Source of the DNA: Patescibacteria group bacterium UBA3458
GTDB lineage: Bacteria > Patescibacteriota > Minisyncoccia > Phycocordibacterales > UBA2100
DNA length: 48,604 nucleotides
Direction of reading: 5' to 3'
NCBI GenBank assembly: GCA_002378745.1
Contig: DFRR01000005.1
Location: 43,581-92,184 of the forward strand
The notes under the pieces: generated by a model
Database searches by the model: none
Seen by the model: the letters and a program-made list of their open reading frames with translations, nothing else
What the model was told of the DNA's origin: nothing
Program-made: the position numbers and the translations under genes
Shown here: one piece after another, positions 1-9,000 of the stretch
Numbering within the stretch: the first letter of the stretch is position 1
Layout of the letters: each line of letters starts with the position of its first letter

Positions 1-1207
1 CGCTATCCGGTGGCGTACTGGTTGCATTCGCTTCACTGGTAGTAGTCGGTATTGGTTCTTGAATGCTATCTGTTGTCGTTGCGGTCTGCTGCGAGCCGTC
101 AGCTGCTGGCTGCTGATTATCTGTTGTCGTTGCTGTTGGCTGTTCGGTATCTGTCGTTGTTGGTGCAGCCGGCTCTTGGCTATCTGTTGTTCCCTCTCCA
201 CTACCCGTCGTCGTTTGCTCTGAGCCGGTCTGTGCAGGCAAGCTACCAGCTGTTGGCTGTTGGCTACTCGTCGGCGGTGTGGTCACTGCGGGGTCGTACA
301 CATTGATGATGCGTGTCGCCTGTGCGGTGTTACCAACCTGGTCGTTTGCTTTGTATACTACCGTGTAGCTTGTGGTGGTTGCCGTGTCAATCTGCACCGA
401 CTGCACTTTCACCCCGTCAAGGAATATCTCGTAGCCAAGCTCACCCTGCTTGTTATCGTACACATAGGCCCCCAGGTCTGAGTACTGAGTTCGTAACGAA
501 ATGTACGCCGGATTGCTTCCAAGAACACTGATAACCGGTGGTACCATGTCGGACGGATCACCTGCTATGACAGAGCCGCCGGTGGTGGCGTCACCTCCTG
601 TTTGTGCATCTGCAGTAGCGTTCGTTGCAGCGTCTGCTGCTGTTCCCGGGTATGGTGCAGCTGGCTGTTCCTCCACGACAGGAACATACCCGGGTATTGT
701 CTCTGACTTCTCGTCAAGAAACTTGCCCACCAAGCCGGTGTATACGGTAGCAACCGTTTTGCTTGAGAGCCCTTGTGCTCGTTCTATCTCTTGTGTCGCC
801 TTCAGACGAAGCAACTCGCTGTCACGCACTTGCGCTAATTCTTTGGTCGCATACGTACCCAAGTCCTTCCCCACTATTGCATCCTTCGCTACTTTCAGCA
901 GCTGCTCTTTGCTCACGTCTTGCCACACACCGTCAACGAGGTCGATGGTATGCAGATTGTAGGCAACAAAATAGAAGAGTTCGTCTTCCGTTACGTTGGT
1001 TATTTCTATCGCCGTTGCGTACGTGTCGAGGTCGACGTGTACGATGCGTCCGTTATCAATTGAGCGCAGCTCTTGTTGTGACGACAATACCGTATCGCGC
1101 ACTTCCTCGCTTGCCGCGAACGCCATGCCGGAACCCAAGAACACGACACCGAGGAATATCGGAATGGCATTGTTGTATTGAATAAAATGTGAGATTTTGT
1201 TGAACAT
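1..1207 (-). CDS. Surface/secreted protein, C-terminus cut by window edge: signal-anchor, DUF5011-like Ig domain, Thr/Pro/Gln-rich tail
   Basis: Absent from the ORF track because it has no stop in the window. My reverse-complement translation from ATG 1207..1205 gives MFNKISHFIQYNNAIPIFLGVVFLGSGMAFAASEEV... and stays open to position 1. The segment PPVISVLGSNPAYISLRTQYSDLGAYVYDNKQGELGYEIFLDGVKVQSVQIDTATTTSYTVVYKANDQVGNTAQATRIINV fits the DUF5011 Ig-like pattern. The tail is TTPPTSSQQPTAGS...TTTDTEQPTATTTDNQQP. The start lies 2 nt after the stop of the upstream ORF. Confidence 0.75.
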   Translation of the reverse strand, partial: MFNKISHFIQYNNAIPIFLGVVFLGSGMAFAASEEVRDTVLSSQQELRSIDNGRIVHVDLDTYATAIEITNVTEDELFYFVAYNLHTIDLVDGVWQDVSKEQLLKVAKDAIVGKDLGTYATKELAQVRDSELLRLKATQEIERAQGLSSKTVATVYTGLVGKFLDEKSETIPGYVPVVEEQPAAPYPGTAADAATNATADAQTGGDATTGGSVIAGDPSDMVPPVISVLGSNPAYISLRTQYSDLGAYVYDNKQGELGYEIFLDGVKVQSVQIDTATTTSYTVVYKANDQVGNTAQATRIINVYDPAVTTPPTSSQQPTAGSLPAQTGSEQTTTGSGEGTTDSQEPAAPTTTDTEQPTATTTDNQQPAADGSQQTATTTDSIQEPIPTTTSEANATSTPPDS

Positions 1208-1209
1208 AA

Positions 1210-2382
1210 TTAGAAGTCACTAAACATCCAAAAAGCCATTCGCGAAGGTACGGTGTAGGTAACAGAGAGATACGGGTCTTCTGCCGTTCCTGCATATTCG
1301 GATGCATGTATTTGCATTTGATTGTGTGCATCGGGTACTGTATTTGTAGTATCGTGCCCTTCGCGTAGTCCGAAGCACGATACCCCTGCCGTGGCACTAC
1401 AGGCGCTCGACTCTCCATTCTTTTTTATCCACCCAAGCCCGGTCGCATTTAGAGTGAACGCAAGGGTCCCCGTGGCCATGCCGGTGAGGTCTTTACGCTG
1501 TGCAGTATCGATACCCTCTATCGGGTTAGTTACGGTGCCGGCGTTGTTGTAGTCGTCAAGCGTAAGTATCGTATGTGTTGCCTGGTCGGTTTGTACAACG
1601 GTGATATAGTCTGCGCCGTCATTGTCACTATTGGTTACATTTGTAACATGTACGTTCATCGTGGCTGCAGTGATGGTGGCGTCTGCCGGTATCGAAGAGG
1701 TAACAAACGGCAAAAATGCTCGACTTATACCATAAGTGGTGGCACCACTCTTGCCGACGCCTACACCTGCGTAGCTCCAGACTGAGATTACGTCAGAAGA
1801 GGTAGCGAGCGAGAGTCCTGAAGCAGCGTCGTGTGCCCCGCCCCAACTGGTTTGCTGACTAGTATACACATACCCATCACCCCCGCCGGTGTATATGGTA
1901 TCGGTAACCGCGTATGCGGTGGTGCCAAATAATGCATGGAGTATGCTGTGTCGCTTGGTCACTCGCTCAAAAATATCCTGTGGCGCCTCATCGTGTTCAA
2001 TGTAATACCATACGCCATCACGCTGGATGAACGCGTCCTGCGGATACGCAATGAGGCTCACGACTGCTTTTTCATCCGCTGTTCCTTCGTTTTCGATTCC
2101 CGTTTCTATGCTGTATGAAGACGAGGTGCGCAAGCTCACAATCTCGTTCTCGTGTAAAGTTGCCGGCAGTGGGTCACCGAGGTAGGCGTACCGCACGGTA
2201 TTAGAGAACACGCCCTCTTCAACACTGTAGTCAATAATTTCGCGCGCCGCGATAGTTTTGGCAATATCTTCTTGCGATTGCGCCTCGTTGCTATCGCCGT
2301 CTGGCGCAAAATGCCACGTTGCGCCTATGATGATCATGAGCGCCACCACAAAGAGTGCGATATCAATGAGAGTGTCCTTCAT
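1210..2382 (-). CDS. Membrane-anchored/secreted hypothetical protein (possible DNRLRE-like beta-sandwich domain)
   Basis: 390-aa ORF with an N-terminal hydrophobic helix (IDIALFVVALMIIIGATWHF). The C-terminal half (ISRAFLPFVTSSIPADATITAATMNVHVTN ... CFGLREGHD) resembles the DNRLRE-type secreted domain as I recall it. Tightly packed with the next gene. Confidence 0.7.
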   Translation of the reverse strand: MKDTLIDIALFVVALMIIIGATWHFAPDGDSNEAQSQEDIAKTIAAREIIDYSVEEGVFSNTVRYAYLGDPLPATLHENEIVSLRTSSSYSIETGIENEGTADEKAVVSLIAYPQDAFIQRDGVWYYIEHDEAPQDIFERVTKRHSILHALFGTTAYAVTDTIYTGGGDGYVYTSQQTSWGGAHDAASGLSLATSSDVISVWSYAGVGVGKSGATTYGISRAFLPFVTSSIPADATITAATMNVHVTNVTNSDNDGADYITVVQTDQATHTILTLDDYNNAGTVTNPIEGIDTAQRKDLTGMATGTLAFTLNATGLGWIKKNGESSACSATAGVSCFGLREGHDTTNTVPDAHNQMQIHASEYAGTAEDPYLSVTYTVPSRMAFWMFSDF

Positions 2383-2455
2383 ACATATAGTATATCGTTG
2401 AATAGTGGCTGTTCATAGAGGGCTACGGGGCACATAGTTGGTTTAATTTTAAATG

Positions 2456-2478
2456 AAGAATTTTGAATTTTGAATCAA
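2456..2478. repeat. Left arm of 23-bp inverted repeat bracketing the four-helix-bundle gene
   Basis: aagaattttgaattttgaatcaa pairs with 2923..2945 (ttgaatcaaaattcaaaattctt) at 22 of 23 positions, checked base by base. It overlaps the stop codon (2475-2477) of the enclosed gene. Confidence 0.8.
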
Positions 2479-2846
2479 TTTCTAATGTTTGAATTCTGTA
2501 ATGATGAAAGTATCTTGCCGAAAATAAGTGTGAGCTCCTGACATTCTTTCCATAACTTTCTCCCACTATCTTTAGTATTGGGGCTGGCGACCGCAAGTAT
2601 TTCAATCCAATATTTCGTCTCGCCGGCTTCTTTCTTGGCGATATGAATTTTATTTCTAAAGTCTTTTTTTGAACTGGCAGAATTTGCTTCGTGGTAATTT
2701 GCTCCGATACTTGTACCGGAACGAACGAGCTGGCTAATAAGTGGAGTGGTAACAATATCTTTTGGAATACTTCGACAAAAGGTGACAACTTGCTTCCCGA
2801 ATACTGTTGTTCTTTCCTCCAAATTATACTCAGATGTAGTCGCCAT
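2475..2846 (-). CDS. Four-helix-bundle protein (23S rRNA intervening-sequence protein family, PF05635/TIGR02436 type)
   Basis: 123 aa. LVRSGTSIGANYHEANSASSKKDFRNKIHIAKKEAGETKYWIEIL matches the family signature (R...SI.AN..EA......DF......A..E..ET.YW). Confidence 0.85.
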   Translation of the reverse strand: MATTSEYNLEERTTVFGKQVVTFCRSIPKDIVTTPLISQLVRSGTSIGANYHEANSASSKKDFRNKIHIAKKEAGETKYWIEILAVASPNTKDSGRKLWKECQELTLIFGKILSSLQNSNIRN

Positions 2847-2922
2847 ATGATTTATACTTTCACTTTATAAGACTTGGTGCGCAGACGCCCTTGCTCCATA
2901 TTCAACATTCTATCATTCAGAT

Positions 2923-2945
2923 TTGAATCAAAATTCAAAATTCTT
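2923..2945. repeat. Right arm of 23-bp inverted repeat bracketing the four-helix-bundle gene
   Basis: Its reverse complement aagaattttgaattttgattcaa differs from the left arm at one base. It lies 77 nt upstream of the enclosed gene's start. Confidence 0.8.
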
Positions 2946-3063
2946 AATTAATAATTAAGTCACTCTTTCGGTCATTGAAAATTAAATTAAAATTTAAAAT
3001 TAGTAATTTAAAATTAAGCTCCCGCTTTGATAATTGGTAATTTCAAATTAAGCTTTAAGCTCA

Positions 3064-6000
3064 TTAGTCGGTGAAGTTTGGCGTTTGTGCACCAAATATA
3101 CGAAGTGTTCCATTAGCGCTAGTTGCAAGGAAGCTCCACACATCGCACTTGTCGGCAGTGGTGGTTTGCGTTGGTGCTGTGCCTCCTGTCCAACGAATAG
3201 TGGTGCCCCAGGTAATAGCCCCAGCCGTTGAACCGTTTGGACTACAGGTAATGAGGCTGAGCTTTTGCCCGGCAATGTAGCCCGAGAAGTTGATTGTTGC
3301 AGCCGACGTGGTGAGGCGAATGAGCTGCTGGTTACCGTCACGCCAGTCAACCGCAATAGTTCCTGATGTAGTGAGCAACTCTTCTTCAACGGTAATGGCA
3401 CCCCCTGCCGCGATGGCAAGGCTCGTCCATGGTGTTGACGTACCAATACCGATAGCTGTTTCTGCGATGATGTTTCCGTTGCCGCTTGGTGTGCCTGCCG
3501 GACACGAGCCTCCTGAACAGACCCAGAGATTGTCGTCGTTCAAGCGTACGTCGTCACCATAGGCGTCGACGATGAGATCACCGGTTGAGTCTACCTGGAA
3601 TGTTGTATAGCGAGTAGCATCGTACGAAATGATGAACTGTGCATCTGAAACTGTCTCGGTAACTGAGAGCCGTTTTGTTGGTGTAACCACGCCGATTCCA
3701 AAGTCTCCCGATGAGGTTAGCACCGCCTGCGGGGTGCCGTCTACTGCGATATTTGCACCGAAGGTAAGTTTCCCACCGTTTACTCCCATTCCATACGCTA
3801 TACTGCCGTTGTCATATGCAGCAACTTTTATGGTGGTAATATCAGTGCCAAGAGATAGTTTTGCTGACGGATTTGTGGTTCCAATACCCACGTTTCCATC
3901 GTTATCAACTAACAGCCTGTGCTCGTTGTCCGTGTCGTTAAAGAACGAAAGCCCAATGGACGCAGCGCGTACACCCCAGCGATCACCTCCACCAGTGTCA
4001 TAGAGTCCGAGTTGCGGATTATCTCCCTCAATATGAATTCCTTTGTCGGGTGCTGATGTCCATCCACCAAACGGTGAGCTAGTACCTATACCGACATTAC
4101 CGGCATTGGTAATACGCATTCGCTCGTCAAGTGTTGACCCTCCTGAACGAGTAACAAACGTTAGGTCACCCGAATTACTACTTTTCCACTCATTATTAAT
4201 GCTCCATGTGCTAGCACCGGTTGTACGTGTGCGAAGGTAAATACCTGAGTAATTCGCACTATTAGAAGTGTTCCATACCTCAAGACCATGCGAGGTTCCT
4301 GGCTCATACGCAAGTGATGCTGCTGCAGGGTTTGCCTGTGTGTCTGAGTACAATACATCTAACTTCGATTTTGGTGACTCTGTACCAATACCAACTTTTC
4401 CGTCTGCTGCAAGGTAAATAGTTGATGTTCCAACTGCGGTGTTAGTACCCGAAAAGTATGCAATTTGTCCGGTGGTACCGGTGAGTGAGCTACCACCTGA
4501 ACCAAGGTCTGCCCAACTGCCGCCTGAGTTTTTGTACTGCAGTGTCCCAGCATTATCGCGAATACCATAACTTGAGGTGCCTACTGCGGTGCCGAAGTTT
4601 AAATAGCGATCGCTTCCCGAGAGCACCATGTCACCGTATACATCCAACTTCGCAAGTGGCGACGTGGTGCCGATGCCAATGTTTTGTGAGCTGTCTACGG
4701 TGAGAGCAGTTGTTCCTGCAGTGATAAGTGCGAGTTTGTCAGCACCATCACCACCAATACCGGTAGTGCTACTGCTTCGATGTGGCACGAGTGTTGGATT
4801 AGTTAGACTTGAAGCTGCATTCTCGAGCATCCACCCACTAGTATTGGCAGCAAAGATATTTCCATTAAAGACGGTGTATGAACCGGTTCCTTGTGTGTAG
4901 AAACGCGTGCCTCCACCAATAACAAAATTCATGGTACCCCCGTTTGCACTTGAATAGAACATGCCGGTGTCTGTGTCGTCAGTAAACGAGTATGCAGGAC
5001 TTGCACCGCTGCCACTCGCCGCAAGAAATCGCGTTGCGTTTACGTTGCCCGACGCAGTAATCTCCGCTGCTGTAGTTGTTGCAAGCGTGGTGGTACCAGT
5101 CACTGACAGTGTGCCCGTGAAGCTAATCGCGCCACTTGAGGTAATACCAGTGGCTGCGGCGATGGCACCGCTTGAATTCACCTGGAACAAGTCGCCGTTA
5201 CCGACGGTGAGGAGTGCTGCTGGTGAAGTGTCGCCGATACCAAAGTTGTTTGCAGTCACGTAGGTATTGCCTGAGCCATTTGGTGTAAGCGCAATACCGC
5301 CATTGAGGTTTGTTGCTGTAATGGCGTTACCTGATACTGAAAGATTGCCTCCCTGGATACCGTCTTCGAACTCAAGCAAGCTGTTGTCGCTGGTGCTTAT
5401 AACCTTACCGCCGGTTATCTGTATATTGCCCTTAAGCGCGATGATGCCGGTACCGGTTGGATTCAATTCAATATCTCCCGAGCCAGCTGTTTTGAGGTGC
5501 AATGATTGATTTGTATCAGCAGTAACAACGATGTTGCTTGCGTCTTCTTCAATCACCTTCTGTCCATTTATATAGAGTGAACCTGGTCCGATGTATACAT
5601 CTTGCCACTGCAAGCTTGGTGTACCGAGTGAGTACGTATTGTCTGTCGTTGGTACAATCGATCCGGCAATTGAGATACCTCCTGCAAATGTTGATGTTGC
5701 TGTCGACGTACTGATGAATGAGTCTGCTGTTACCGCACCCGCAACGGTAAGTTTTGATGATGGTGTTGTAGTGCCGATACCCACCCGTCCATTAGCCGTA
5801 TCAACAAACAAGTCATCCGTATTTACAGCAAGGTCTCCCGTTACAGTGGTTGTTGCAAATGTTGACGTCCCTGAGACTGCAAGTGTACCGGTAAAGCTAA
5901 TCGCACCACTTGAGGTAATACCAGTGGCTGCGGCGATGGCACCACTTGAGTTCACCTGGAACAAGTCGCCGTTACCTACGGTGAGAAGTGCTGACGGTGA

Positions 6001-9000
6001 GGTGTCGCCGATGCCGACGTTGCCGGCACTAAAGTATGTGCTGCCATCGGTGTTTACTCCCAAGAAGAGTGCTGCATTTGCACCGTTATTGAGTTCGCCC
6101 TGCGGTGCTCCTGTTGCGGTGGTTGATGCATACAAACCTTTATACCCAAAGTAGTATGCGAAACCACCAAAGTTATTAGTGTACCCACGTACTAGTGGAG
6201 CGTAGTTTCCATTGCTCTCAGACAAACTATTGTATGCTGCTCGCCCAAAAAATATTTTGTTATTTGGGTCACGCAACATGTTGTATCCGTTGTTATCAAC
6301 CGCACCCGCAGTGATTAGACCATTTACGTATGCGCTTCCATCTACATATAGCTTATAAGCCCCTGGCGTGGTTCCGATGCCTACGTTACCAGCTGCATCA
6401 ATGATAAACGGTGTACTGTCACTTCCTTGGTCATTCACCACAAAGCTGTTACCACTACCTGTGTTGGTGATTGAGAATACGTTTGAACCGGTGACGTTAA
6501 TGGTTGTCGACGCATCAAGCGTCAGTGCATCTTTAAACTCAGTGAAGTCGAGTGTGTCTGCAGTGACATCACTACCGTTGATAGTGGTGGTGGAGAGGAC
6601 ACCGCTGCCGTTCGTGCGGAGGATACCGCTGGTGAGGCCGCTGAAGGTGATGGTGCCACTTGAAGTGATGCCGGTGAGTGAACCAAGTGTACCTGCAATC
6701 GTTGAGTTGCCAGTGATTGCTGCGCCTCCTCCTGATACGGTGAGGCCGTTTGATGCAATGAGTGCTGTTGCAGTGGTGGTAGCAAGCGTGGTGGTACCAG
6801 TCACTGACAGTGTACCGGTGAAGTTGATTGCTCCACTTGAGGTGATGCCGGTTGCTGCGGCGATTGCACCGCTTGAATTCACTTGGAAGAGGTCGCCGTT
6901 GCCTACGGTGAAGAGTGCTGCTGGTGAAGAGTCGCCGATACCGACGTTGCCGGAGCTTGAAAGTACCAACTGGTTGGTATTTCCTTCTGTAAAGAGAGCT
7001 ATATCACGCAATGTGCCAGTACCATTTGCCTCACTCTGAATTTCGTAACGACTATTCGCAACATCCCAGTTCACGATGAGGCGTTCCCGGTTACCACTAC
7101 CGATGCCACCAAAGCCGTATACGACGAGCCCTGACTCATCTGTGCCATCAGCATCGTTGCTTGCGATTGCAAGGACGGAACCAAGACCTGAGGACTGTCC
7201 GACCAAACCAAACCATCCTGAGCTAGTACCACTCAGAGCGTAATCTTGTGCCGCATTTATATACGTAGTCGAACCTTCAAAAATACTATTCCCGTTTACG
7301 TGCAGTTTTGCACTTGGTGATGTCGTCCCGACGCCTACATTTCCTCCACTTGTTGCAAGGTACGTGTTCCCTGTCGTCGTTAGCTGTATTGCCGTAGTGG
7401 TAGCAAGTGTTGAAGTACCCGTCACTGAAAGTGTGTCAGTGAAGGTAATGGTGCCACTTGAGGTGATACCGGTTGCAGCGGCGATTGCTCCACTGCTGTT
7501 TACCTGGAAGAGGTCACCATTACCTACGGTGAGGAGTGCTGCTGGTGAGGTGTCGCCGATGCCGACGCGTCCGGTGCTCGTATCAACAAACAAGTCATCG
7601 GTGTTCACCGAGAAGTCACCGTCAGTGGCACCGGAGAAGTTTAGATTGAGGTCTGCGTCTGTACCGAAGCCTGCAATGGTACGACCACCGTCAGAAGCAA
7701 TGGTGTCAGTCCAGTATGCACTTGCATTATATGAGAGACGAAGTTGTTCGCTGGCACCGAGTATGTGGAGTTTCGCCGATGGCGACGTGGTGCCGATGCC
7801 AAGCTTCTCTGCAGAAGCGTCCCAAAAGAATTTAGCATTTACTCCCGCCTCCTCGAAGAGACTGAAATCTCCAAGTGCATCCAGTTGCATTCGAGTTGTA
7901 TAAGAGAAACTATCTATGTCCACACTAGAGGGAGCCGACGAAAAGACTAGTCCGAAGTTGCTGGAAGCTCCAGAAGGGTTTGATATGCTCCACGCGCGAG
8001 CAAGGGTAGTGTTTTGGTTAGCAACCAACTCAAGCGAGCTGCCTTGTCCACTAGAGTTTGCTGGTCGCAAATATGCTCCAGACGGTCCAAATCGTGATGC
8101 TACGTATAAGCCCTTCTTTGTAGTAATGGTATTGTCGTTTATCTGGAACGAAAAGTTCGGACTCGCCGTCCCCACACCAACCCGATTGTTGGTTGGATCA
8201 ATGTAGAGGGTGTTTGAATCAAAGTTGAGTGGGTAGCTCATTGCAATGGTGGTGGTTGCATCAAGCGTCAATGCATCTTTAAACTCAGTGAAGTCGAGCG
8301 TGTCTGCAGTGACGTCACTGCCGTTGATGGTGGTGGTTGAAAGGACTCCTGAACCGTTGGTGCGGAGGATACCGCTGGTAAGTGCGCTGAAGGTAATGGT
8401 GCCAGATGAGGTGATGCCGGTGAGAGAGCTGAGTGTACCGGCAATGGTTGAGTTGCCGGTGATTGCAGCACCACCACCTGATACGGTGAGACCGTTTGAG
8501 ACAGTGAGTGCGGTTGCGGTGGTAGTAGCAAGTGTGGTGGTGCCAGAGACTGCGAGTGTGCCGGTGAAGTTGATTGCACCACTTGAGGTGATGCCGGTAG
8601 CTGCGGCGATTGCTCCGCTTGAGTTCACCTGGAACAAGTCACCACTTCCTACAGTGAAGAGTGCTGCTGGTGAGGTGTCGCCGATTCCGACGTTGCCGTT
8701 CGTGCTGAGTAGTATGTCTCCACTTGCGTGATTGTTTGTGATAAGCAAATCTTCACTACCACTGTACCCAATTAAACCATTTGTTCCCGTGTTGTAATTG
8801 AAATCGATTCGAGAAACCGCTGTATTTTGCGCAGAATTACTATCTTGCAAGGTAAGTACGCCACTTGGCCCATATACATGTAGTAAGCTGCTTGGGCTTG
8901 TGGTACCGATCCCGACGTTTCCACTCGAAGTAACATACAAGCGTGCAGCACCATCGGTAATGATACTAACGTCTCCACCACTTCCGCCCACTCCTGCTGT

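Noticed and set aside
52-1185. Plus-strand ORFs at 52..306, 260..481, 313..531, 501..962, 763..1185 and 996..1181.
   Set aside because: They are antisense to a continuous minus-strand frame (1..1207) that has a signal-anchor and a recognisable Ig-like domain. The plus-strand products are low-complexity Leu/Ser/Arg/Cys-rich strings.
2423-2788. A 121-aa minus-strand ORF overlapping the four-helix-bundle gene.
   Set aside because: It is an alternative frame of a gene with a clear family signature. Its product has no recognisable features.
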